Shown: positions 1-7,738 of the stretch, one piece after another
How positions within the stretch are numbered: position 1 is the stretch's first letter
Layout of the letters: every line of letters begins with the position of its first letter
Origin: an uncultured Methanosarcinales archaeon
GTDB taxonomy: Archaea > Nanobdellota > Nanobdellia > Woesearchaeales > GW2011-AR9
NCBI GenBank assembly: GCA_964344235.1
Contig: CAYFMJ010000002.1
Location: 135,496 to 159,495 of the forward strand
DNA: 24,000 nucleotides
Reading direction: 5' to 3'
Notes under the pieces: generated by a model
Databases searched by the model: none
What the model saw: the letters and a program-made list of their open reading frames with translations, nothing else
What the model was told of the DNA's origin: nothing
Made by a program: the position numbers and the translations under genes

Positions 1-38
1 ACGTTGGTCCGTCACAGGAGAGGTTAAGCAGAGAGAAT

Positions 39-389
39 ATGCCGCTCCATGAAGAAGTGGTTGCGTTTAGTAAAAAGTTGGCAGCGTATTTAGATGATTA
101 TGAAATCGTTTCAGAACATATTCCTTCACGTGTGGTAATGTTTGCGCGGAAAGAGTATAAGAGAGATGGTGTGTGGTGTACGTGGATTGATTTCCCCAAA
201 TGGAGCGAGGAAGTTGTGAAAGGTGAAGGTGTAGAGGCTGCAGAGTATTCCATCAAAACGCCGCAAGTTGGGTTGAGTGGTAAAGGAACATTAGATAATG
301 TTCCTGTTGAAGTTCGGGAGAAGTTGATGAAAGAACGTGGGATCTTTGTCGATGAGGAAACGGAAGAATTGAGTTTTTATGAAGAATGA
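39..389 (+). CDS. hypothetical protein (116 aa, acidic C-terminus)
   Basis: Uninterrupted ATG ORF, co-directional and tightly spaced with the next gene. No motif I recognise. Confidence 0.45.
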   Translation: MPLHEEVVAFSKKLAAYLDDYEIVSEHIPSRVVMFARKEYKRDGVWCTWIDFPKWSEEVVKGEGVEAAEYSIKTPQVGLSGKGTLDNVPVEVREKLMKERGIFVDEETEELSFYEE

Positions 390-429
390 ACTCCAACATC
401 TTTATATTGTCATTTATATTCTTTAAACC

Positions 430-1071
430 ATGTACAAAGTAGAACTTAAAATTTATCATAAGACGTGTTGGGGATCTGAGATTGGCCTGAAGTTTCCTCA
501 ATACCGGTTGTCATCGGTGGATTGTCGTTGGATTAAGAACCAAGTAGTTCATATTCTATTGGCTCGTGGTGATCCCGCTAATTTTACAAGGATAATACAG
601 TATCTTGAGCAGAGAAAAGATGTGTCCAAAGTTGAGGTTCTTAGTGAAGATGATCAAAGTCTTTATCTAAGGGTTTTAACGACGAGGAATAAACGTAGGA
701 CACAATTCTCAGACTTCTTTTTCGAGCATAATTGCTTTCCCGTAGTGCCGACGCGATTTGAAGGGAAGTACGAACTATGGACTTTGGGGACTGCTGATAA
801 AAAAAATATAACTGTAGTATATAATTTGTTGAAGAAACACCATCCTACAAAGATCAGTTCTCTTAAAGAAGAGAAAATGGAGAATGCACTCACCAAGAAA
901 CAGCGAGAAGTGCTTAACTACGCTCGCCACTTTGGCTACTATGAGTGGCCTCGAAAAAAGTCTGTAAGTGAGATTTGTGCATTGGTGAATATTCCAAAAA
1001 CCGTCTTTTTATCTCATCTTAGGAAAGCGGAAAATAAAGTGATGCTACATTTCTCGTCTCAGAGAGGATAG
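430..1071 (+). CDS. HTH_10 / COG3413-type predicted DNA-binding protein (bacterio-opsin-activator-like HTH)
   Basis: C-terminal 'LTKKQREVLNYARHFGYYEWPRKKSVSEICALVNIPKTVFLSHLRKAENKV' matches the LT.kQ.e.L..A...GYY..PR....elA..l.is.st...HLRkAE.K pattern of archaeal HTH_10 proteins. The N-terminus 'KIYHKTCW' is also typical of COG3413. Confidence 0.7.
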   Translation: MYKVELKIYHKTCWGSEIGLKFPQYRLSSVDCRWIKNQVVHILLARGDPANFTRIIQYLEQRKDVSKVEVLSEDDQSLYLRVLTTRNKRRTQFSDFFFEHNCFPVVPTRFEGKYELWTLGTADKKNITVVYNLLKKHHPTKISSLKEEKMENALTKKQREVLNYARHFGYYEWPRKKSVSEICALVNIPKTVFLSHLRKAENKVMLHFSSQRG

Positions 1072-1119
1072 ACTATGGTCTACAACAATTTAATATGTCG
1101 GTGGTTGTTTTAGTTCGTT

Positions 1120-1539
1120 ATGAAATTCAAACCATTTGAACATAAACTTGTGGCAGTACTGAACAAAAAGATTGAACAAGGTAGCGCAATGAATGCCTTA
1201 GCTCACCTGGCACTTGGGTTGGGCGGGTGTGTTTCAGATAGAAAGAAGTTGCGCCTTCAGGACTATACTGATGAGGGAAAACATCCTCAAATCTCAGATA
1301 TACCTTTTATTGTACTTCGAGCGAAATCTGGACAGATTAGGAATTTACGAAAAATAGCATTGGAACAAGGGTTTGTGTTTACTGACTTTACACACACAAT
1401 GCTTGGAGAGACGTATGTTGAACAGCATCAAAGTACTAAACAAACGAAGGAGGAAGATTTAGAGTATTTTGGCATTTGCCTCTTTGGTGAATGGAATAAA
1501 GTGTCTGAACTTACGAAGAAGTTTTCATTATGGAGATGA
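1120..1539 (+). CDS. DUF2000-like protein (139 aa)
   Basis: The overall pattern (N-terminal 'KLVAVLNKK...AMNALAHLALGLG', C-terminal 'YFGICLFGEWNKVSELTKKFSLWR') resembles DUF2000 family members as I recall them. Not verified by HMM. Confidence 0.5.
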   Translation: MKFKPFEHKLVAVLNKKIEQGSAMNALAHLALGLGGCVSDRKKLRLQDYTDEGKHPQISDIPFIVLRAKSGQIRNLRKIALEQGFVFTDFTHTMLGETYVEQHQSTKQTKEEDLEYFGICLFGEWNKVSELTKKFSLWR

Positions 1540-1542
1540 ACT

Positions 1543-2370
1543 ATGGCTTGTGAATTACACTTTGAGGTTTTGGGATCTGGTTCAGCGATGAATTATGAGT
1601 TAGGCCAGTCGAACTTTCGTTTACGTTATGGTAATAAACAGGTGATTTTTGATCTTGATGCAACTACTCTTAACACAATGGGCAAGAGAGACTTTCCAGG
1701 AGAAGTTGGCTCAATTACTGATGTTGTTATTAGCCATGTGCATGGTGATCATGTAAATGGCTTAGAAAATTTGGGATTTGTTAGTTACAATGTATTCGGA
1801 AGGGAAGGGGATCAAAGACCAACTATCCATGTAGCAACTGAAGCACAATTAGAAGCATTAAAAAGAGCATTCCATGATAAAATGAAAGACCAACAGTACG
1901 CTGACAATTCTCCAAGGCAAGTTGATTTTGACCATTACTTTGGATCGAGCGTTGGTGGAAGGGTGAGAGTTGAAGGGATGCCAGAGATGTGTTTTCATCT
2001 GACGTTACATGTTCAGGGTATGGAATGTTATGGCTTGTCTGTTCCAAGTCACGGCCTATGGGTTTCAGGAGATAGTCGTGAAGTGAAGGACTTTCCAGAA
2101 GGTACGGTTTTAGGATTCCGAGATGCAGCTGGTCCTGGGAGTGGTGCGAGAGTTCACGCTGATCTTGATCTTGGTGGTCGGTCTCCGAGAGAAAAAGCAA
2201 AGACGGTGCTTTATGGAGTGGGGGGAAATTGGCGAGATATAGCCCATAAGGCTGAGGCTTTGGGTTTCTTTGGTCTTGCTCTTCCTGGGGAAGTTTATAT
2301 CTTTGATGGAAATGGTAACGTAAAGAGGAGAGGACGTCCGTTTATTCACCAGATGGTTTCTTTGCAATAG
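1543..2370 (+). CDS. metallo-beta-lactamase-fold hydrolase
   Basis: 'VVISHVHGDHVNGL' is the HxHxDH zinc motif. An N-terminal 'EVLGSGSA' strand resembles RNase Z/PhnP-like MBL proteins. The start lies 3 nt after the stop of the upstream gene. Confidence 0.65.
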   Translation: MACELHFEVLGSGSAMNYELGQSNFRLRYGNKQVIFDLDATTLNTMGKRDFPGEVGSITDVVISHVHGDHVNGLENLGFVSYNVFGREGDQRPTIHVATEAQLEALKRAFHDKMKDQQYADNSPRQVDFDHYFGSSVGGRVRVEGMPEMCFHLTLHVQGMECYGLSVPSHGLWVSGDSREVKDFPEGTVLGFRDAAGPGSGARVHADLDLGGRSPREKAKTVLYGVGGNWRDIAHKAEALGFFGLALPGEVYIFDGNGNVKRRGRPFIHQMVSLQ

Positions 2371-2385
2371 TTTGTAACAAAACAC

Positions 2386-2393
2386 TTATAAAA
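2386..2393 (+). promoter_or_regulatory. TATA box (ttataaaa) preceded by caaaacac BRE-like stretch, for pfdA-ftsY
   Basis: Centre is about 26 nt upstream of the ATG at 2416, which is archaeal leaderless-promoter geometry. Confidence 0.55.
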
Positions 2394-2415
2394 TAACTTC
2401 TGATTTGTTGTAGGT

Positions 2416-2814
2416 ATGGAAGAACAAGAAATACAGCAAAAATTTATGCAATTTCAACAGCTACAGCAGCATATTGAACAGATTACTGAACATATCCAGA
2501 AACTGAATCAACAAAATATGGAAATTCAGGAATCAATTACTGCGTTACAGGAGTATTCTAAAGTTGAGGATGGTAGAGAAGTTTTAGCGCCGATTGCTAA
2601 TGGTATTTTTGTTAAGGCGAAAGCAGAAGGGGGGGAGAAGTTATTAGTAAATGTTGGTGCGAATACAGTAGTTGAGAAAACAGTAGAGCAAGTTGTTGGT
2701 TTGTTAGAGGAACAACAGAAGAAAGCACTTACGAAGATTGGTGAAGCAGAGAATTTAGTGGAAGGGTTTCAGAAGCAAACAATGGAGATTTATGAAGAGA
2801 TTCAGAAGGCGTGA
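2416..2814 (+). CDS. pfdA: prefoldin alpha subunit
   Basis: Coiled-coil N- and C-termini flank 'EVLAPIANGIFVKAKAEGGEKLLVNVGANTVVEKTVEQVV', the alpha-type double beta-hairpin core. It sits directly upstream of ftsY, as in many archaea. Confidence 0.8.
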   Translation: MEEQEIQQKFMQFQQLQQHIEQITEHIQKLNQQNMEIQESITALQEYSKVEDGREVLAPIANGIFVKAKAEGGEKLLVNVGANTVVEKTVEQVVGLLEEQQKKALTKIGEAENLVEGFQKQTMEIYEEIQKA

Positions 2815-2816
2815 AG

Positions 2817-4397
2817 ATGTTTGGTAAACTTAAGGATAAGTTAAAAGGGGCGTTGAATGTTTTTTCTAAGAAGACTGAGGAAGAAGCAGTTGATATTCCA
2901 GAAGAAGAGTTAGAGAAGGTAGAAGAAGTTTCTGAAGAAGTACCGGAAGAGAAACCTGAGCCTGTACAGGAAAAAATTCCAACAGCTGAAGATCTTGTTA
3001 AAGAAACAAAAGAGAAGTTTTCTAAACCCAGGAAAGTTGAGAAGAAAAAAGTTATGGCGCAGGATGTGGTGGATGACAAGCCTGCGAAGAAACCAGTGAA
3101 GAATATTCCAAAGGAAATTGAGAAAGAGAAGGTTGTTGAAACGGTTGAGGAAACTGTAAAAGAAGAAGAGCCAGTTATTGAAGAAGCGAAAGAGGAGCCT
3201 GTTGAATCAGAAGAAAAGATTGTTGAAGAGGTAAAGTCTGAGGAGAAAGAAGAGCCTATCACTGAAGAGAAGACCGAGGAACCGAAAGAAGAGTCGTCTG
3301 GGTTTTTTGGAAAAGTAAAATCGTTCTTTGGAAAGAAAGATGAAGAAGTTGAAGAAACAAAAGAAGGTGTTGATAAAGAATTACAGAAAGAATCCACGGA
3401 AGAAAAGCCAGCAGCAGAATCAAAAGAAGTAACGAAATCAGAAGAAACAGCCGAAGAAATCAAAGAAGAAAAAACAGAAGAGCCAGAAGCTGTTGAAGAA
3501 GTAAAAGAGGAAGAACCAGAGAAGAAAGGGTTCTTTGGGAAAGTAAAAGAATCACTAACAACGAAAAAGATTACGGCAGATAAATTTGAGAGTTTATTCT
3601 GGGAGTTAGAAGTTGTATTATTAGAAAATAATGTTTCTGTAGAAGTTATTGAGAAAATTAAAGAGGATTTGAAAGAAGAGTTAGTTGACAAACCACTCCC
3701 ACGAGACGTTCTTGGAAAGATTAACGATACACTACAGAAAACGTTGAATGATATTCTAGAATTTGAAACTGTTGATCTACTCAAAAATATTGAAGCGAAA
3801 GAAGGGCCGTATGTTGTTGCGTTGTTTGGCATTAACGGTGCAGGGAAAACGACTTCAATAGCTAAGTTAACGCATTATCTCAAAGAAAATGGCAAGTCTG
3901 TGGTGTTAGCAGCATGTGATACTTTTAGGGCAGCAGCAATTCAACAATTAGGAGAGCATGCAGAACGATTAGATGTGAAGATGATTAAGCATGATTATGG
4001 TTCTGATTCAGCGGCAGTTGCGTATGATGCAATTAAGTATGCTGAGAAAAATAATGTTGATGTTGTGTTAATTGATACAGCAGGGAGATTGCATAGTAAT
4101 ACAAACTTAATGGCGGAATTGGAGAAGATAATTAGAGTAACGAATCCAGATTTGAAAATTTTTGTTGGCGAATCAATTACAGGAAATGATTGTGTTGAAC
4201 AAGCGAGAAAGTTTAATGAGTTAGTGCAGATGGATGGTGCTATTCTAACGAAAGCAGATGTTGATGAGAAAGGGGGAGCACCTCTTTCAATTTCGTATGT
4301 GATTGGAAAGCCGATTTTATTTCTAGGAGTGGGTCAGGAGTATAAAGATTTAGAGAAATTCGACAAAGAGAAGATGTTAACGAGATTAGGGTTTTAA
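2817..4397 (+). CDS. ftsY: signal recognition particle receptor FtsY with long acidic E/K-rich N-terminal domain
   Basis: SRP-GTPase motifs 'GINGAGKTTSIAKL' (G1), 'DTAGR' (G3) and 'TKADVDEKGG' (G4). I prefer the ATG at 2817 (MFGKLKDKLKG) over the in-frame GTG at 2811 that overlaps the pfdA stop. Confidence 0.9.
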   Translation: MFGKLKDKLKGALNVFSKKTEEEAVDIPEEELEKVEEVSEEVPEEKPEPVQEKIPTAEDLVKETKEKFSKPRKVEKKKVMAQDVVDDKPAKKPVKNIPKEIEKEKVVETVEETVKEEEPVIEEAKEEPVESEEKIVEEVKSEEKEEPITEEKTEEPKEESSGFFGKVKSFFGKKDEEVEETKEGVDKELQKESTEEKPAAESKEVTKSEETAEEIKEEKTEEPEAVEEVKEEEPEKKGFFGKVKESLTTKKITADKFESLFWELEVVLLENNVSVEVIEKIKEDLKEELVDKPLPRDVLGKINDTLQKTLNDILEFETVDLLKNIEAKEGPYVVALFGINGAGKTTSIAKLTHYLKENGKSVVLAACDTFRAAAIQQLGEHAERLDVKMIKHDYGSDSAAVAYDAIKYAEKNNVDVVLIDTAGRLHSNTNLMAELEKIIRVTNPDLKIFVGESITGNDCVEQARKFNELVQMDGAILTKADVDEKGGAPLSISYVIGKPILFLGVGQEYKDLEKFDKEKMLTRLGF

Positions 4398-5749
4398 GCT
4401 GCTTCTTTGAAGAATTGGTCATAGATTTGACTCACAGCTTCATATCCTCGGTCTCTATCTACTGTAAGAACAAGACAGGGGCTGTTAAAACCCTTCTGAT
4501 GAGCTCTCACTTTTATGTTTGCGTCATCTAAGTGTAGAAGTGTGTTTGCGATGTCTCTTTGACTTAGACCCTGGCCAGCTACTACAATGACTCCCACATC
4601 ATCAATAACTCTGACTGCGTCTTCAGGAAGGTACCCTTCATGTCCCCTGCGAACTTGGTCTAGGATTCTGTGCTTAACTCTTGTAACTTCATTAACGCCA
4701 GATAACTCCTCGCGGTCAAAAACAAATGATGTGTCATCAACGCCCGAGAAAGCAAATTGTAGTGACCTGTCTTCTCTTTCTTCATTTTGGTATCTAGCTG
4801 CATCTAACACTCTTCTAACAACTCCTGCACTATCGTTTAAGCCAAAAGCGCTATTGTGATATACAACTAAGTCCTCTCGGTATCCAATCCCAACGACAGG
4901 ATGTCCTGGCTTTGATAATCTATCGCTTACTACATAGGTGCCTTCTTCAGGGAATTGATTTGTTCCTCTTATGTGAACGGGGATTGGTGTTCCTTCTAAT
5001 GGTGTGATTGCTTCTGGGTTGATGATTTCCATTCCGGAATAAGAAAGAATTCTCATCTCTAAACGAGTTATCTCTCTGACTATATCCGTTCCCGCTAATA
5101 TCTTCGGGTGAACGACACGTAGTGGGCCGTCTGTAAAGTTTTCATAAACATCAACATCAAGGCCTCGTGAAATAACTCCGCCGCTTTTGTCTGATCCTCC
5201 GAAAGTGAATGTGGCCAGTTCTCCACCAATTCCTCCATAAAAGCCAGGGAAGACGAGTGTCGCTTTTTCATCTCTTAATCTTGCAAGTCTTTCGTAGGTC
5301 TCTGAGGTTACTCTTGCTTTATCAAAAGAACCCCCCAACACGAGGAATTCAAGTGGGTCGATAAATTGACCGTCAATTTCTTCTGCAAATAATCGTGCTT
5401 GCCATTCTTCTCCGAACGCTTTGAGTGCAGCTAAATACCTCGCTTCTGGAAGTTTACTTTCGAAACGTTCTGTTAAAGACTGTTTAACTCTATCCGCACT
5501 TCCAGGGTAGATTTCTTCATAACGGCCAACGATTTTGTTGATGGTTATTCTCGCTGCAGCACTGTCTGATCTTTCCCCTGCTAATCTAACAAGAAGTTTT
5601 GTGACTCTGATATCGTCATCATAACGGCTCCCAGGTGCGGAGAGAACAACGTATTGAATGCCTCCCTCGCTCATAACCTCTGCAACTTTTAATATTTTTT
5701 TTCTTGTTGCGGTTGAAGTTCCACCGAATTTAGCGAGTTTCCGTGTCAT
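4394..5749 (-). CDS. aspartate kinase-like amino-acid kinase with C-terminal ACT-like domain (diverged)
   Basis: 'KFGGTS', 'VVLSAPGSRYDDD', 'TFGGSDKSG' and 'VYENFTDGP' correspond to the KFGGTS / VVSAPGKR / SRGGSD / YENFTDVDG blocks of the monofunctional aspartokinase class. The C-terminus 'VGVIVVAGQGL...IKVRAHQKGFNSPCLVLTVD' looks like an ACT domain. R is more frequent than K, unlike the core genes. Confidence 0.65.
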   Translation of the reverse strand: MTRKLAKFGGTSTATRKKILKVAEVMSEGGIQYVVLSAPGSRYDDDIRVTKLLVRLAGERSDSAAARITINKIVGRYEEIYPGSADRVKQSLTERFESKLPEARYLAALKAFGEEWQARLFAEEIDGQFIDPLEFLVLGGSFDKARVTSETYERLARLRDEKATLVFPGFYGGIGGELATFTFGGSDKSGGVISRGLDVDVYENFTDGPLRVVHPKILAGTDIVREITRLEMRILSYSGMEIINPEAITPLEGTPIPVHIRGTNQFPEEGTYVVSDRLSKPGHPVVGIGYREDLVVYHNSAFGLNDSAGVVRRVLDAARYQNEEREDRSLQFAFSGVDDTSFVFDREELSGVNEVTRVKHRILDQVRRGHEGYLPEDAVRVIDDVGVIVVAGQGLSQRDIANTLLHLDDANIKVRAHQKGFNSPCLVLTVDRDRGYEAVSQIYDQFFKEAA

Positions 5750-5775
5750 TTTGTGTCAGTTTACGTTATTCTTAT

Positions 5776-6546
5776 TTAAACTTGTTTTCTGTAACGTGGT
5801 TCTGGTTGGTTAGTGGCTGTTTTCTGAGCTTCGAATCTTTCGTATGCATCTCCAAGCCAAAGGATTAATTCCACTCCCATTGGTGCTCTGGAATCAACTC
5901 CGTATGTTGCTTGAAGATATTCGAAGCAGTCTTGGCTTGGTTTCTTGAATACGGGACAACCTCTTGCTTTACCGTGACCAAGTCTCTTGGCAACTTCCAT
6001 GTCTAAGCCTTTTGGCGAATCCCTATCAATTAAATCTATGTCAACAGGGTCCATATATGTTGGGCCTTCCATAACTCCAATAGCAGCTTTTGTTGCTCCG
6101 AGATGAGACAAACTTACATGTCCAAGGGTGGCTGTGGCCGTTAGATATTTTCTGGGTTCGCGAGCGTAGGTTTCTTTGAGTTTTAATGCCACTCTAACTG
6201 CAGTGAGGAGCCCTTTTTCCCCTATTGTTCTCAAAGTTGGAAACCCATGGGGAACTGCAACACGGCAATATGGGGAGGTTCGTACAACCAAGTCTACTTC
6301 TCGTATTTTTTTATCAACGTATGTGGCGTGGTCTTGTTTGGTTATGAATTTCCACCAGGTCTGCACCATAGATGCTTCTAAAATTTCTCTTAGGCTTGTT
6401 CTGCTTTCTTTTGGAATTGGTTCCTGGCCGTTAACTGCAAGTTTATGTTCTTCCCACCAAATTCTAAATACATCGGTTAAACCTTGTTCATATGCTCTAA
6501 ACCCAGCGGTTTGTTGTGTTGCGATGCTTGCATCGATTGAACCCAT
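5776..6546 (-). CDS. hypothetical protein (256 aa), first gene of a two-gene unit with the aspartokinase-like gene
   Basis: Intact ORF with a leaderless-type TATA 25 nt upstream and a 26-nt spacer to the downstream gene. No family recognised. Contains two HxS/Tx tetrapeptides (HATY at residue 73, HVSL at residue 143), which is only a weak cue. Confidence 0.5.
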   Translation of the reverse strand: MGSIDASIATQQTAGFRAYEQGLTDVFRIWWEEHKLAVNGQEPIPKESRTSLREILEASMVQTWWKFITKQDHATYVDKKIREVDLVVRTSPYCRVAVPHGFPTLRTIGEKGLLTAVRVALKLKETYAREPRKYLTATATLGHVSLSHLGATKAAIGVMEGPTYMDPVDIDLIDRDSPKGLDMEVAKRLGHGKARGCPVFKKPSQDCFEYLQATYGVDSRAPMGVELILWLGDAYERFEAQKTATNQPEPRYRKQV

Positions 6547-6567
6547 TTTTGCTTCAAATTGGCTTCT

Positions 6568-6575
6568 ATTTAAAT
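6568..6575 (-). promoter_or_regulatory. TATA box (minus strand reads atttaaat) for the 256-aa gene
   Basis: Centre is about 25 nt upstream of the minus-strand ATG at 6546. Confidence 0.5.
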
Positions 6576-6619
6576 CACTATTGGTTAGTGGTGGCCGTAT
6601 TCTCTATTTTTAGAAAATC

Positions 6620-6627
6620 TTTAAATA
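6620..6627 (+). promoter_or_regulatory. TATA box (tttaaata) of the orphaned methylthiotransferase 5' stub
   Basis: Centre is about 25 nt upstream of the ATG at 6649, the same geometry as functional promoters in this window. Confidence 0.5.
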
Positions 6628-6648
6628 TACACTCTTTAGCAAGCCATT

Positions 6649-6744
6649 ATGACATCATTTTATATCCATACGTATGGTTGCTCAGCGAATGTGGCGGACT
6701 CTGAACAGATGAAGACCCACTCCCCACCGGTCAAGTCCGGATAA
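6649..6744 (+). pseudogene. 5' stub of an MiaB/MtaB-family methylthiotransferase gene (21 homologous codons, then 10 unrelated codons and a stop)
   Basis: It translates to MTSFYIHTYGCSANVADSEQM-KTHSPPVKSG*. The first 21 residues parallel MTNVYFFTQGCSANVADSEQM of the intact gene at 7735, and GCSANVADSEQM is identical. The GC..N..DSE.M block is the conserved N-terminal motif of this family. Confidence 0.65.
6676..6711 (+). repeat. left copy of the 36-nt imperfect direct repeat (codons 10-21 of the methylthiotransferase)
   Basis: 'ggttgctcagcgaatgtggcggactctgaacagatg' versus 'ggatgtagtgctaatgttgctgactcagaacagatg'. That is 27/36 nt identical and 16/17 over the last 17 nt, with the differences mostly synonymous. 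Confidence 0.8.
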
Positions 6745-6746
6745 AG

Positions 6747-6754
6747 TATATAAA
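6747..6754 (+). promoter_or_regulatory. TATA box (tatataaa) for the homing-endonuclease / methylthiotransferase transcript
   Basis: AT-rich TATA-like octamer about 22 nt upstream of the in-frame TTG at 6773 and about 43 nt upstream of the ATG at 6794. Confidence 0.45.
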
Positions 6755-6793
6755 CAATTTCTTAGAATATTTTTGTTCATCAAAGGGGTTGAG

Positions 6794-7738
6794 ATGAACA
6801 AAAAATATCACTTCGAAATTGAACAAATTCTTGAGCTAGCAGATTTGTATGAGCTGGGAGTTCCTTTGAGAACCATTGCAAAAATTCATGGAATGAACTC
6901 TGCTACTCTTTGGCATAGACTCAAAAAGTATGAAGAACAAGAATTATTTCAGTTTAGGTCACGCTCTGAAACAGTCTTAATGACCTTGTCGAAGAGTAGA
7001 ACTAGCCCAAAAGGAGAAAAAACCAAGCGAGTTAAGGATTGGTTTAAGAATTTTGGAAGAGAAGGGATACTAGATATTCTTACTGTGTTTCTTCTTGTTG
7101 AAGCCTCAGCTGATTATAAGTATGGAATGATAAGACTGACTAATTCTGATGAAACACTACTTCAAATATTTACAGACATACTCTTATTACTTAACTTGGA
7201 ACCAAGACAAACAATCGATTCGAGAAATAATTTGCGAGTTGTTTTTAGTAGGAATTCTAGAACTCGGAAAGTGTTAGATGAAATTTATGTAAGAACTCCC
7301 ACTACCAAACACCAACCACGGAGGGGCACCGAAAATTGGGAAATGTATTTGAAGACAACGCAACCCAATTTGCTTTGGTTGTATGGTCGATCGAGAAAAT
7401 TAATTGAACTGTGTTTTCGAATCGCAATGTCCTGTGATGGTTCCGTTTTTAGGAGCAGGGGTATTAAGCATCTCCCCGATAGACCACAATTAACCCTAGT
7501 CTGTTTTCATCCGCTATTACTTTTACAATGGAAAGAGATAGCTAGCCTAATTGGACTCAACATGAATATCTCGGGGAAAAGAATTCGATCCAGGAGTATC
7601 GAAACTTCACGCAAATTTTTAAAAATGGGTGCCTTTTTAGAAGGTGTGAGGATATCCTCCAAAGGATCAAAACAATTTCGGGGAATAGAGAAAAATACCC
7701 GGTTGAATGATTTATTGAATACATATGATTTAAGATGA
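6794..7738 (+). CDS. LAGLIDADG-family homing endonuclease-like protein with N-terminal HTH; first motif degenerate
   Basis: The HTH is 'ILELADLYELGVPLRTIAKIHGMNSATLWHRLKKY'. 'LTVFLLVEASADYKYGMIRLTNSDETLLQIFTDIL' aligns with 'LIAHLIGDGCAYK...NIKYDITDPELLQQFVDDL' of the clear LAGLIDADG ORF at 12596-13336. The second motif is 'CFRIAMSCDGSV'. An alternative start is the TTG at 6773. The stop overlaps the next gene's start (ATGA). Confidence 0.65.
   Translation: MNKKYHFEIEQILELADLYELGVPLRTIAKIHGMNSATLWHRLKKYEEQELFQFRSRSETVLMTLSKSRTSPKGEKTKRVKDWFKNFGREGILDILTVFLLVEASADYKYGMIRLTNSDETLLQIFTDILLLLNLEPRQTIDSRNNLRVVFSRNSRTRKVLDEIYVRTPTTKHQPRRGTENWEMYLKTTQPNLLWLYGRSRKLIELCFRIAMSCDGSVFRSRGIKHLPDRPQLTLVCFHPLLLLQWKEIASLIGLNMNISGKRIRSRSIETSRKFLKMGAFLEGVRISSKGSKQFRGIEKNTRLNDLLNTYDLR

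Noticed and set aside
2729-3832. 367-aa Ser/Thr/Phe-rich ORF on the minus strand
   Set aside because: It is the antisense shadow of the GAA/AAG-rich acidic domain of ftsY. It is low complexity, has no start context, and lies fully inside a confidently assigned gene.
4394-4397. 4-nt overlap of convergent stop codons (ftsY TAA and aspartokinase-like TAA on opposite strands)
   Set aside because: It is real, but it is a common consequence of genome compaction. The alaS/11144 pair likewise ends 2 nt apart. It is noted only as context.
6712-6745. C-rich junction 'cccactccccaccggtcaagtccgg' resembling a tRNA T-arm or att remnant
   Set aside because: The loop lacks the TTC consensus (tcaagt), no acceptor strand or matching partner was found, and the similarity to the reverse complement of the 12670-12690 tRNA end is too loose to call.
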